NCBI GenBank assembly: GCA_904386005.1
Contig: CAJFKR010000001.1
Span: 139,525-203,524 of the forward strand
Length of the DNA stretch: 64,000 nucleotides
Direction: 5' to 3'
Source: Candidatus Flemingiibacterium merdigallinarum
Lineage (GTDB): Bacteria > Bacillota > Clostridia > Oscillospirales > CAG-272
Both the position numbers and the translations under genes were made by a program. Below are positions 1-9,920 of this stretch, piece after piece (position 1 is the stretch's first letter; each line of letters begins with the position of its first letter). A model generated the notes under the pieces. That model did no database searches, was not told where the DNA came from, and worked only from the letters and a program-made list of their open reading frames with translations.

Positions 1-1
1 C

Positions 2-352
2 AAGCGCGCGGCGCGCGAGGTGCTGCGGCTCGAGCCGGAGCGCCGTCCGACCGGACTTCTGACCGCGTCGGATGTGATCGCGCTGGGCGTGCAGAAGCAG
101 CTGCTGAAATCGGGGCTGCGGCTGCCCGAGGATATGTCGGTCGTCGGATTTGGAGATGTAGAGCTGGCGGCGTATATAAACCCGCCGCTGACGACGGTGC
201 GCATACCCGCGCGTGAGATGGGCATACAGGCGGCGAACGCGATCAACTACCTGATGCAGTCGCCGTCGATTATGAATATAAAGATACTGATGAAGTCGGA
301 GCTGTGTATCCGCGGGTCGACAATGGCATACAGCCCGAATGGCTTCGAATGA
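2..352 (+). CDS. LacI/GalR-family transcriptional regulator, C-terminal sugar-binding fragment; the 5' part lies outside the window
   Basis: The frame of ORF 20..352 stays open to the window edge. The stretch SDVIALGVQKQLLKSGLRLPEDMSVVGFGDVELAAYINPPLTTVRIP is typical of the C-terminal half of LacI-family repressors. Confidence 0.75.
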   Translation, partial: KRAAREVLRLEPERRPTGLLTASDVIALGVQKQLLKSGLRLPEDMSVVGFGDVELAAYINPPLTTVRIPAREMGIQAANAINYLMQSPSIMNIKILMKSELCIRGSTMAYSPNGFE

Positions 353-448
353 AATAGGCACCGTAAAATCGAATGAAATGACTCCGCAAAGTATGGACAG
401 GTACCGTAAAGGAGCATATGAAAACCGAACCAAATAGGAGGAATTGAT

Positions 449-1372
449 ATGAACACGAGATGCGCGCTTGTGACCGGAGCGGGCAGCGGAATCGGGCGGG
501 GAATCGCGCTCGGATTGGCGCGCGCCGGCTACAATGTCGCGATACACTACAACAGCAGTGAGGAGTCGGCGCTCGAGGCTGTGCGTCTCGCCGAGGGATA
601 TGGCGTGCGCTCGGCGGCAATCGGCGGGAGTCTTACGTCAAAGGCGGGGGTGGACGCTCTGTTTTGCGAATATGAGAAGCAGTTCGGTCGGCTCGATCTG
701 CTGGTCTGCAACGCGGGAGTCACCAAGACCGCCGATTTCGAGTCGCTCGACGAGGCCGACTTCGATCTGATGTATTCGCTCGACCTGAAGGGCTCGTACT
801 ACTGCATAGCCGCGGCGGCAAGGCTGATGCCGCGCGTGGGCAGTGGCTGTGACGTGGGGGATTCCGGCAAAACCGAGAGAGATGGCGCCGGATGTGCCGC
901 ACACAATCAAGCCGAGCGAGACGGCGCCGGATGTGCCGCACACAATCAACCCGAGCGAGACGGCGCCGCTCATACCAACCGCGGTATGCCGGATACCGAC
1001 AGCCGCGGACCGAGCATCGTCGTAATCGCGTCGAACAACGCGCATATGCAAACACCGCGCGCGGCGGCATACGCTTCGGTCAAAGCCGGACTCGTGCAGC
1101 TTGCGCGGCACAGCGCGGCAGAGCTCGCGCACCTCGGAATCCGCGTGAACACGATCTCGCCCGGCTGGACTGACACCGGCAGTCCGCGGCTCGGAAAAAA
1201 AGAGGACACCTACTACAAAATCCCGCTGAAGCGCTGGTGCCGTCCGGAGGAAGTCGCCGCCGCGGTGATATTTCTCGATTCGGCCGCGGCGGCGTCGGTG
1301 ACGGGCGCGGAGCTGGTCATGGACGGCGGCGCGTCGCTGATGAGCGACCGACCGGAACGGTATTGGCTGTAG
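449..1372 (+). CDS. SDR-family (short-chain dehydrogenase/reductase) oxidoreductase with a repeat-containing insertion of about 55 aa
   Basis: Rossmann motif TGAGSGIGRG, NAGV, and catalytic Y-x3-K (YASVKAG). An AGGAGG RBS lies 7 nt upstream of the ATG. Confidence 0.85.
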   Translation: MNTRCALVTGAGSGIGRGIALGLARAGYNVAIHYNSSEESALEAVRLAEGYGVRSAAIGGSLTSKAGVDALFCEYEKQFGRLDLLVCNAGVTKTADFESLDEADFDLMYSLDLKGSYYCIAAAARLMPRVGSGCDVGDSGKTERDGAGCAAHNQAERDGAGCAAHNQPERDGAAHTNRGMPDTDSRGPSIVVIASNNAHMQTPRAAAYASVKAGLVQLARHSAAELAHLGIRVNTISPGWTDTGSPRLGKKEDTYYKIPLKRWCRPEEVAAAVIFLDSAAAASVTGAELVMDGGASLMSDRPERYWL

Positions 1373-1614
1373 CAGGATATATCCTGCCGGATATATCTTG
1401 CAGGATTTGACCTGCCGGCTGTATTTTGACGCGGCGGCAATGCGGTATACCGCGGCGACAATTTATTTATCGCCGCGACAATTCCGCATACCCCGGTAGT
1501 TATGCCCTATCCTGCGGCGGCAATATCGCGGCGTCGGAAATTGCACTGCCAACCGGCATTCACGCAAAATAAAAACGGGGAGCTTTCGCCGAAAGCTCCC
1601 CGTTTTGTCATATG

Positions 1615-2457
1615 TCAGTTGTTTTTGATTATCCACTCACCGACGACCTTGTCGACTACAAACGCGTCGACGCGGCCTGCCTTGAGGTCGAGGTACGCGG
1701 TGATGTTGTCGGCGAACTCGACCAGCTCGCCGCCGTTCATTATAGCGTCATAGGTAGCGGTGTCGTTCTTGATAGCCTCGACTGCGGATGAGCCTGCCTG
1801 TACGGCAACCTTCTTGCCGGCGAGGTCAGCCTTCGTCTTTATCGGCGAGTCCTCGGCCACGATGATTACCTGCGCGTTGGCTACATACGGCTTTGACATG
1901 AACATCTCCTCGGTGCGCTCGGGGTTAATCGAGAAGCCGTTCCAGATGCAGTCGATCGTCTTGCCCGAAAGCTCAAGCTCCTTCGAGTTCCAGTCGATCG
2001 GCTGTGTTTCAAGCTTGACGCCGAGACGCGAGCAGACTTCCTCGGCGAGCGAGATGTCAAAGCCGACGATTTTGCCGGACTCGGAATCGCGGTAGCCCAT
2101 AGGCGGGAAGTTCTCGTCAAGTCCGAGGATGAGCGTGCCCTTGTCAAGGATATACTGGAGCGACTCGTCGCCCTCGACCGTCTGCATTTCACGTGGGAAT
2201 TCCTTGCCGGTCAGGAACGCGTCCTTGTTGCCGAACCACTCCTCGGCAATCTTGCCGGCAGTGCCGTCGGCGGCCATTTCGTCGAGTATCTCCTGTACCT
2301 TTGCGGCGAGCGCGTAGTCTTCCTTGCGGAAGCCGATAGCGTATTCCTCCGCGCCGAAGTTGTCGTCGAGGACGATATACTTCCTCGAGCTGCCGCAGGA
2401 CGCGAGCAGCGTCACGGCGAGTATTGCCGCGAGCATTAATGCGATGATTCTTTTCAT
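1615..2457 (-). CDS. ABC transporter substrate-binding lipoprotein, polar amino-acid (family 3) type
   Basis: Lipobox signal MKRIIALMLAAILAVTLLASC. The body (GFDISLAEEVCSRLGVKLETQPIDWNSKELELSGKTIDCIWNGFS) matches family-3 solute-binding proteins. Confidence 0.8.
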   Translation of the reverse strand: MKRIIALMLAAILAVTLLASCGSSRKYIVLDDNFGAEEYAIGFRKEDYALAAKVQEILDEMAADGTAGKIAEEWFGNKDAFLTGKEFPREMQTVEGDESLQYILDKGTLILGLDENFPPMGYRDSESGKIVGFDISLAEEVCSRLGVKLETQPIDWNSKELELSGKTIDCIWNGFSINPERTEEMFMSKPYVANAQVIIVAEDSPIKTKADLAGKKVAVQAGSSAVEAIKNDTATYDAIMNGGELVEFADNITAYLDLKAGRVDAFVVDKVVGEWIIKNN

Positions 2458-2714
2458 GATAGTCCTTCCCGCCGTGCGCGGTCATTTCCGGCACGACAAT
2501 AAAAATAATATAAAATAAGCTGTCAAGCATGATATTTAGCTGTCAAGCGTATTTTCAGTTTGAGTAAAAAAGCGTATAATCGATTCAGCGAATAATCGAT
2601 TCGCAAAATAAAGCGTTATCGCTTCGGTTGTCGGGTGAATCGATTGCTTGACTTTTGTCCGCCCGCGAAGCGGGGGCATTGCTTCGGCTACAGGGCGAAT
2701 CAAGTCGGACGCGC

Positions 2715-5456
2715 TCACTCCTCGCTGCCGCCGCTTACATTCGACTCGGCCATAATATCGACGAGCGCGTGTACCATTGACGCGGTTTCGGCGCGGGTCG
2801 CCGGCTCGCTCGGGCAGAGCTGTCCGTCGCGGCTCGGGTAGATGTCGTTCATCAAAAGCCAGCAGACCGGCTCGTATGCCCAGTCGGAGACGTCGTCGGC
2901 GTCTTCGTAGTCGAGACGGAACATCCACAGTCCGTCAAAGCCGCCGTCGTGGTATTGCAGATAGCGGTAGAGTATCGCCGCGAGCTGCTCGCGTGTGACC
3001 TCGTTGTTCGGACCGAAGGTGACCTCGTCGTAGCCATTGACGATTCCCTCTGCCGACGCCCAGCGAACCGCCTCGCTGTACCACTCGTCCTCGGGCACAT
3101 CGTCAAACTGCATCAGGTAGTTGACGACCGGACAGCCCTCGGCGCGCCAGAGTATAGTCACCGCCATCGCGCGGCTCAAGGTCAGGTCGGGCGCGAACAA
3201 TCCGCCAGGCAGACCGTCCATCAGCCCGTTTTCGGTCACAAATTTGACGTCGTCATAATACGGGCTTTCCTCGTCGATATCCGAATAAGGATTCTCCCAC
3301 GGCAGCGGCGCGAACACGGCTTCAATCGTATGGTCTTCGCGCACCCGTTCGAGGGTGAAGCTGCCATCGGCGCCGACCTCGTCGATTCGGCTTTCGCTGT
3401 CAACTATGATATCAGCGAGCATATAGCCGTCGTCAGGCGTCAGGGTGTAGCCGACGCTGCCGTCATAGCGCACCTCAGTTGTGCCGGCAGGCGAAATCGT
3501 GCCGCCGTCGGTCGCGGACGCGGTGACGTCGAAGGTTTGATTCAATATCGGAAGCAGCCAGATGAAGTCGTCGTCGGAATCGTCGGGTTCGGGTTCGTCA
3601 GGCTCTTGATCTATCGGCGTGTATAGTGCGGTCACATCGACCGGATATTCAGGCATTATGAATACGATTTCGGGCTTGTATTTGTCGGCTTCGGTGAGAT
3701 ATCCGTCGGCAATCAGCTGCTCGAGCCCCTGCCATTGGCTGAATTCTTTGTCGTCGTATTCCTCGGCGGTCAACCGAACCGCGGTGCCCTCATAATGTTC
3801 GGTAACGATTCCATCTACAGTCACCGAAAACGGAGTTTCGTCTGTGACGTCAGACAATACTACCTTGCCTTGGTCTATACGCAGTACGTATGTGTCGCTC
3901 ATATAGCGCAATGCCGCAAGATCCTGCGCGGTTATTGTGTATCCGTTATAGCCGGTCGCCAGCAGCAGATTATCACATTCAAGCCATGTATAGAAGTTGA
4001 GCGCTGCGCCGGAGGTGAGTCCGGCGATTTCTATATTTGAATAGCCGTAATTGTGGTTTCCGTCCGGATAAAGACCGCCGTCGGTCTCCTTGTCGGAGGT
4101 ATTGCCGGTTACGATCGGATTTCCACTTATGATGATATTGCCAAACGGCGAGCAATAAATTCCTCCGGCGTGAATGACCGCGTTATTGTCGGCTACACTT
4201 CCGCCGTGCAGCTCGAGCGTGCCGTCGATGTTGACAAAGATTCCGCCGCCGACTTTGATTGCCTTATTATTTGAGATTGTTCCGGACTCGAGTGTGAAAA
4301 ACGAGTCGGAGTTATCCACATACACGCCGCCGCCATACGTCGTCGCGGTGTTGTCTGAAATTTCTCCGCCAGACATAACGACGCTACCGCTGACTATGTA
4401 GACACCGCCGCCCAGCTGCGCGGTGTTGTTCGAGATTTGCGCGCCTTCCTGAATATACAGCTTGCCGTCGATCAGGCAGACTCCGCCGGACGCGCCGTTT
4501 TTGGTCGTGTTGTTGTTATTGCGCACGACCGCGCCGTCGCCGAGCGTGAGGCTGCCGCCGTTTATCGCGATGAGTCCTCTCGACGCGGTCAGTCCCTGCT
4601 CGCTGCCGCCGTCGACAATTACATTATTCAGCTCCACAGCATCGGAAATCTGAAGCAGATAGCCGTGCTTATCCTTTGTCGTGGATATTGATTTTGCCGC
4701 GCCGTCACTGGTTATAGTCAGACTTTTTTCAAGCGAGACAGTCGATGTGAGCTCGACGTCATTGATAAGATATATTGTGCCGCCGTCATACGAGTTTTCC
4801 ACAGCCTCGGCGAACGAGCCGGGCTGCCAGCTCTGTCCGGGCGCGGTCTGATATCTGGCGTCGGCTTCCTCAATAATGCTGAAGCTGAAGGTCAGCTGAC
4901 CTTTGTATTTTGCGGTATTCTTGGGCGCGATTGTGACTTCATATGTGCCGACCTCAACCGGCAAGGACGGGAGAATTTCGCCGGTGTCTTTTTTATAGGT
5001 TATATCATAATCGCCGTTGAAGTCCGAGCCGTCGGTGAGCTTTCCGCTGAGATTGATATATCCCGGATGCGGGTTGCCGTCGTACAGCACATTCTGCGGC
5101 TCGGCGGTGATGTTGACTATGTACTGTCCGGTGAGGCGTACATTGATATTGCATATGATAGTATCGCCGGTAGTGGTCGTCAGCTCGACGACAAGCGTCG
5201 TTGACACCGGCTCCTCAAAGGCTCGGGTGCTGAATTTCATATATCCATTCTGTTGCAATATCGGAACGGTGTAACCGGAGACTATACTGCTGTCATAAGA
5301 GAGCAGTTCGCCTGACGAAAGCTCTGTTTCCTTGGGCAGATATTCGAGAAAGTTGATTCTGAACTGCTGCTCGGTGTCGACCGGAGCTGACACATTGATA
5401 TCGACAGTCTGCGTGTCCGCGCTCAACGCAAATGTCAGGCAGACTGACAGCAGCAT
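2715..5456 (-). CDS. Large cell-surface protein: Ig/MBG-like N-terminal region, parallel beta-helix with GGGVY/GGGIF repeats, two Listeria-Bacteroides-type repeats, three C-terminal SLH domains
   Basis: 913-aa ORF. SLH motifs are present, e.g. FDDVPEDEWYSEAVRWASAEGIVNGY and ASMVHALVDIM-type ends. The annotated Met lies inside a signal-peptide h-region. The real ATG with its RBS is at 5488 in another frame (see finding). Confidence 0.8.
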   Translation of the reverse strand: MLLSVCLTFALSADTQTVDINVSAPVDTEQQFRINFLEYLPKETELSSGELLSYDSSIVSGYTVPILQQNGYMKFSTRAFEEPVSTTLVVELTTTTGDTIICNINVRLTGQYIVNITAEPQNVLYDGNPHPGYINLSGKLTDGSDFNGDYDITYKKDTGEILPSLPVEVGTYEVTIAPKNTAKYKGQLTFSFSIIEEADARYQTAPGQSWQPGSFAEAVENSYDGGTIYLINDVELTSTVSLEKSLTITSDGAAKSISTTKDKHGYLLQISDAVELNNVIVDGGSEQGLTASRGLIAINGGSLTLGDGAVVRNNNNTTKNGASGGVCLIDGKLYIQEGAQISNNTAQLGGGVYIVSGSVVMSGGEISDNTATTYGGGVYVDNSDSFFTLESGTISNNKAIKVGGGIFVNIDGTLELHGGSVADNNAVIHAGGIYCSPFGNIIISGNPIVTGNTSDKETDGGLYPDGNHNYGYSNIEIAGLTSGAALNFYTWLECDNLLLATGYNGYTITAQDLAALRYMSDTYVLRIDQGKVVLSDVTDETPFSVTVDGIVTEHYEGTAVRLTAEEYDDKEFSQWQGLEQLIADGYLTEADKYKPEIVFIMPEYPVDVTALYTPIDQEPDEPEPDDSDDDFIWLLPILNQTFDVTASATDGGTISPAGTTEVRYDGSVGYTLTPDDGYMLADIIVDSESRIDEVGADGSFTLERVREDHTIEAVFAPLPWENPYSDIDEESPYYDDVKFVTENGLMDGLPGGLFAPDLTLSRAMAVTILWRAEGCPVVNYLMQFDDVPEDEWYSEAVRWASAEGIVNGYDEVTFGPNNEVTREQLAAILYRYLQYHDGGFDGLWMFRLDYEDADDVSDWAYEPVCWLLMNDIYPSRDGQLCPSEPATRAETASMVHALVDIMAESNVSGGSEE

Positions 5457-5711
5457 TGTGAAAACAACCGATAAGATGATTTTTTCATAATATTACCTCC
5501 CGCATATAAAATCAACTTATATAAATTCATCTCACGTGAAAGCGGTGAAACTCATTTCATACACAGCATGATTATATCACAATTCGGACACAAAGTCAAG
5601 CGATTTAGCGTATTAAATTAATTGCCGCGTAAATTTGCGTAAATATACGAGGACGACAAATTGAATCGACAATTGTATTTTGAATTGGCTGCTCAAATTG
5701 GGTGAATATAA

Positions 5712-5745
5712 ATCTCCCCGCTCTGTATTCATAGAGCGGGGAGAT
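5712..5745 (-). terminator. Stem-loop downstream of the fucosidase gene
   Basis: 13-bp perfect stem atctccccgctct/agagcggggagat with an 8-nt loop. TTATATT follows on the minus strand. Confidence 0.55.
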
Positions 5746-5896
5746 GTGCAAAGCCGCTTGAATATTGAATCAAACCGAGCGTTACAGCAGCGTCAGCTCC
5801 TGCCGAAGCGTCAGCTTCTGCCGCGCGTCAAATATTGCCGCACGTCAATTCAGCCGAAGCGTCAGCTCCTGCCGCAGCGTCAAATCTTGCCGCGCG

Positions 5897-7213
5897 TCAG
5901 ATCTTGTTGCCGCCTGAACGGTCGTATCCGCCGCTGATCTGCGGATAGTAGGTGCCGCGGTACCACTCGGGCGGGGACGCGAAGGTCATTTTGATTATCG
6001 TCACGCCGAGCGGGTCGGGCGCGGTTTTCGGCAGATTCTTCATTAATATGCGCTGACCCTTGTATTCGAAATCGATCGGCGTGCCGTCAATGAGAGTCAC
6101 GCTCTCGGGCGCGCTCATGTAGCCGCCGAAGCCCATCTCGCCGTAGGACGGCCAGATCCAGTTCCAGAGGTAGACTATCTTTCCGTCCGCGCTCTGCGTC
6201 GTCGCGCAGACGCCGTTGCCGCCGGCGCGCATGAAGCCCTTCGGACGGCGCACCGGATATACCGCCTCGCCGTTGCGCTCGAGCCACTTGCCGACCTCAT
6301 TCAGCGGCTTTACCGCGTCGCTCGGCACGCTGCCGTCCGGAGCCGGTCCGATGTTGAGTAACAGGTTTCCGCCGCCTGCCGACGCGGTGTTCAGCATCTT
6401 CAAGATGCGCGGCGCGGTGTAGACATAGGGCGTCGCCTGCGCGGCGTCGACATAGCCCCACGAGATGTCGTTGAAGGTCATGCAGGCCTCCCAGTCGTTC
6501 GCCTCAGCGGTGACGTGACCCTCTGGCGTGCCGATGTCCTCAGGCAGGCGCGAGCGGTTGTTGATGATGATATCCGGCTGAAGCTCGCGCAGACGCTGAT
6601 TGCGTTCGAGCGAATCCCAGCCCTCCCAGTTTTCCATAGGGCAGGGTACGTCGTACCAGAGTATGTCGATCTTGCCGTAGTTTGTCAGCAGTTCGACGTT
6701 CAGTGCCTCGATGTAGTCGAGGAAGCGGCGGCGCGCGGCGGTGTCATACGCGCACTTGTAGCCGTCCTCGTGGTGCCAGTCCATAAGCGAGCTGTAGAAG
6801 CCGATGCCAAGCCCGAACTCGCGGCAGGCGCCGACGAACTCGGCGACGATGTCGCGTCCGCAGGCGTTGAACGAGTTGTACGGGTTGACCTTGCTGTTCC
6901 AGAGCGAGAAGCCCTCGTGATGACGCGTCGTCAGCACCATGTACTTCATTCCCGCGGCCTTCGCCTCGGCCGCCCACTCGCGGCAGATGCCCTCGCGCGG
7001 TCTGAACGTGTCGGCGAGACGCGCGTATTCGTCGCGCGGAATGTTCTCGTGCAGCTGCACCCACTCGTTGCGTCCGAGCTGGGAATAGAGTCCGTAGTGG
7101 ATGAACATTCCGAACCGCGCCTCGCGCCACCAAGCCATGCGGCGGTCACGCGTAGCAGCGCACTGCTGCTCGTATTCTGCCTTTGATACTATCTGTGCCA
7201 TTTGTGATATCAT
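5897..7213 (-). CDS. alpha-L-fucosidase, glycoside hydrolase family 29
   Basis: AWWREARFGMFIHYGLYS and TTRHHEGFSLW motifs, at typical GH29 length. The start could instead be the Met at 7201, which has better RBS spacing. Confidence 0.9.
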   Translation of the reverse strand: MISQMAQIVSKAEYEQQCAATRDRRMAWWREARFGMFIHYGLYSQLGRNEWVQLHENIPRDEYARLADTFRPREGICREWAAEAKAAGMKYMVLTTRHHEGFSLWNSKVNPYNSFNACGRDIVAEFVGACREFGLGIGFYSSLMDWHHEDGYKCAYDTAARRRFLDYIEALNVELLTNYGKIDILWYDVPCPMENWEGWDSLERNQRLRELQPDIIINNRSRLPEDIGTPEGHVTAEANDWEACMTFNDISWGYVDAAQATPYVYTAPRILKMLNTASAGGGNLLLNIGPAPDGSVPSDAVKPLNEVGKWLERNGEAVYPVRRPKGFMRAGGNGVCATTQSADGKIVYLWNWIWPSYGEMGFGGYMSAPESVTLIDGTPIDFEYKGQRILMKNLPKTAPDPLGVTIIKMTFASPPEWYRGTYYPQISGGYDRSGGNKI

Positions 7214-7420
7214 CCTTTCCGATTATAATCCCGGAATATCCCGGAGTTGGTTTCAGTATACCACAGGCGGCAGGGGTTGTCAATGTAATTTACATTATTA
7301 AATTAGGTAAAAAACATTACTAAAATACATAAAAGCGGCTGTACAGTCGACCGACATTGTGCCGCCGGCGGTACAGCCGCTATGGAGGATTATATCAAAA
7401 TTTTTAGATTTGTGTTCGGA

Positions 7421-8206
7421 TTATGAATAGAAATCGTGATTGCCGATAGTCGTCACATACGAGCGGTTTTCGGTGATCCACGAGCTTGTCGCGATCGCGG
7501 GGTTCAGAAAGTAGAGCGCTTCACGTGAGAGCGTATAGCCGTCGAGCACGATTTTCGCGGCGATGACGCTCTCGGCGGTCGGCGTGTTGTAGATAGTGCC
7601 GTTTGCGGTCGGCGTAAACTGGACGCCGAATTTGCTGTCGAAGATGACGCCGTAGATCGTGTTCGGGAAATCGTCGTGCCGGACGCGGTTCAGAACCACG
7701 TTGCCGACCAGAATCTTTCCGGTCATCGGCTCGCCCGACGACTCGGCGTTTATGATGCGCGAGAGCCAGTAGACCTCGTCGTCGCGGTAGTAGCTGTCGC
7801 CCGACTCAAATTCGTAGCCGCTCTCTGTCGTCAGTCCGACCGAGCGGGTCGCGTCGTCCCAGGTCACAGCCGCGCCGTAAACCTCGGCAATCGAGCGTAT
7901 CGGGATGAACAGCGCGCCGTCAATTATCAGATTCTCCGCGCCGCCGAGATATCGGCCGCTGACCGTTATGTAATTCTCGCCCGCGGTCACACTGATCTCA
8001 TGTGAGCTTCCGGTCACAGCTGAAAACAGCGAGCTCGCGCTCTCGTAACTCACGTATGTAGTCTGTCCGATCAGCCGCGCGTCCATGTCGACCGGGGTAT
8101 TGTTAATTGTGGTATGTACCGGTTCGACCGCGCTTGTGCTGAAAGCGAGAATTGAGGCTGTCAGGGCGGCGGATATCAGCCCTATGAGTTTTTTTGGTAT
8201 TTGCAT
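7421..8206 (-). CDS. SleB/CwlJ-type cell-wall hydrolase with N-terminal copper-amine-oxidase-like stalk domain
   Basis: Signal peptide MQIPKKLIGLISAALTASILAFSTSA. Hydrolase_2-like core YWLSRIINAESSGEPMTGKILVGNVVLNRV. The start was moved to ATG 8206. Confidence 0.8.
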   Translation of the reverse strand: MQIPKKLIGLISAALTASILAFSTSAVEPVHTTINNTPVDMDARLIGQTTYVSYESASSLFSAVTGSSHEISVTAGENYITVSGRYLGGAENLIIDGALFIPIRSIAEVYGAAVTWDDATRSVGLTTESGYEFESGDSYYRDDEVYWLSRIINAESSGEPMTGKILVGNVVLNRVRHDDFPNTIYGVIFDSKFGVQFTPTANGTIYNTPTAESVIAAKIVLDGYTLSREALYFLNPAIATSSWITENRSYVTTIGNHDFYS

Positions 8207-8480
8207 ATTGCATACCGTCCTTCTTTTGGTATTGTAAGATATGCGAGCTCGTCCGTATTCGGGACAAGTCGCAACGAAAAGGCATACGGACAAAGGTCAT
8301 CCGTATGCCTCTATTATACCATATTTGCCGAGTAATATCAACGCACAATATCTGCCAGCGGTCGGACGTGCCGTCGGCGGTCAGCGGGAACTGCGCCGGA
8401 CATAATGCACGGTCAGCCGGTGGACAGCGTAAACCGCACCGGACATATGCACAGTCAGCCGCCGGTATCCTGCGCGTGAA

Positions 8481-9920
8481 TCAATATGCCTTGCCCCAGT
8501 AGACCAGCTGCTTTGCCGGCTTGCCGCAGCAGACGCAGACGTCCGAAATCCGCTCCTGCTCGAGCGGCACGCAGCGCGAGCCGACTCCGGTCAGCTCCTT
8601 GACACGCTCCTCGCACTCGGGGTCGCCGCACCACATCGCGCGTACGAAGCCGTCGCCCGACGCGGCGAGCTTCTCGTTGATTTCGTCCATAGTCTTGCAG
8701 TCGTAGGTGCGGCGCACGAGATTGTCATGCGCTTTTTTATACATACCGTCGCGCACTTCCTTGAGCTTCGCTTCGACCGCGGTCTCGACGTTCACGAGGT
8801 CGACCGAAGTCTTTTCGCCGTTGTGACGGGTGACGAGCACGCACTTGCCCGCCTCAATGTCGCGCGGACCGAGCTCAATTCTGACCGGCACGCCCTTCAT
8901 CTCGTATTCGGCGAACTTCCAGCCGGGCGAGTTGTCCGACGCGTCCAGCTTTACGCGCACTCTGTCCTTGAGCCGTCTGTACAGCTCGTCCGCCGCCTCG
9001 AGCACGCCCGGCTTGTGCGCGGCTACCGGCACGATCACCGCCTGTATCGGCGCGACTGCCGGAGGCAGCACGAGTCCGCTGTCGTCGCCGTGAGTCATGA
9101 TGATGCCGCCGATCATTCGGGTCGTGCAGCCCCACGACGTCTGGAACGGATGCACGAGCTTGTTGTCGCGGTCGGCGTAGGTGATGTCGAACGCCTTAGC
9201 GAAGCCGTCGCCGAAGTAGTGCGACGTGCCGGCCTGAAGCGCCTTGCCGTCGTGCATCAGCGCTTCTATCGCGTAGGTGTCCTCCGCGCCGGCGAACTTG
9301 TCGCTCGGAGTTTTCGCGCCCTTGATCACCGGTATCGCGAGGTCGTTTTCATGGAAGTCGGCGTATACGTTCAGCATTTGCAGGGTCTCGGCGCGCGCCT
9401 CCTCGGCGGTGGCGTGCATGGTGTGACCCTCCTGCCACAAAAACTCGCGCGAGCGCAGGAACGGACGGGTAGTCTTTTCCCAGCGGACGACCGAGCACCA
9501 CTGATTGTACAGCTTCGGCAGGTCGCGCCACGAGCGGATGATGTTCGCGTAATGCTCGCAGAACAGAGTCTCGGATGTCGGACGGACGCAGAGCCGTTCG
9601 GTCAGCTTCTCGCTGCCGCCGTAGGTCACCCACGCGACCTCGGGCGCGAAGCCCGCGACGTGGTCCTTCTCCTTATTGAGCAGCGATTCGGGGATGAACA
9701 GCGGCATATACACGTTCTCGTGTCCCAGCTCCTTGAAGCGGTCGTCGAGGATCTTCTGGATGTTCTCCCAGATAGCGTAGCCGTAGGGGCGGATGATCAT
9801 ACAGCCCTTGACGCTCGAGTAGTCGATAAGATCGGCTTTTTTACAGATGTCGGTATACCATTGCGCGAAATCGACGTCCATTGACGTTATTTCGCTAACA
9901 AGCTTTTTATCGCCAGCCAT
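8481..9920 (-). CDS. proS: proline--tRNA ligase (archaeal/eukaryote-like form)
   Basis: N-terminus [35 protein letters not shown], class II motifs, and a C-terminal zinc-type CxxC...CxxC region. Confidence 0.93.
   Translation of the reverse strand: MAGDKKLVSEITSMDVDFAQWYTDICKKADLIDYSSVKGCMIIRPYGYAIWENIQKILDDRFKELGHENVYMPLFIPESLLNKEKDHVAGFAPEVAWVTYGGSEKLTERLCVRPTSETLFCEHYANIIRSWRDLPKLYNQWCSVVRWEKTTRPFLRSREFLWQEGHTMHATAEEARAETLQMLNVYADFHENDLAIPVIKGAKTPSDKFAGAEDTYAIEALMHDGKALQAGTSHYFGDGFAKAFDITYADRDNKLVHPFQTSWGCTTRMIGGIIMTHGDDSGLVLPPAVAPIQAVIVPVAAHKPGVLEAADELYRRLKDRVRVKLDASDNSPGWKFAEYEMKGVPVRIELGPRDIEAGKCVLVTRHNGEKTSVDLVNVETAVEAKLKEVRDGMYKKAHDNLVRRTYDCKTMDEINEKLAASGDGFVRAMWCGDPECEERVKELTGVGSRCVPLEQERISDVCVCCGKPAKQLVYWGKAY

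Noticed and set aside
5680-5937. 85-aa plus-strand ORF with repeated RQLLP motifs.
   Set aside because: It is generated entirely by the 18-nt tandem repeats in the fucosidase 3' region and overlaps the fucosidase stop. No RBS is present.
8727-9884. Long ORFs antisense to real genes. Examples are 8727..9884 opposite proS, 23793..24968 opposite ald, 27270..28313 and 31000..32085 opposite the GREs, 40082..41275 opposite the symporter, and 61168..62760 opposite ftsH.
   Set aside because: They are Arg/Ala/Val-rich low-complexity translations with no motifs or RBS. They lie exactly opposite genes with strong family signatures. These are the typical shadow ORFs of high-GC DNA.
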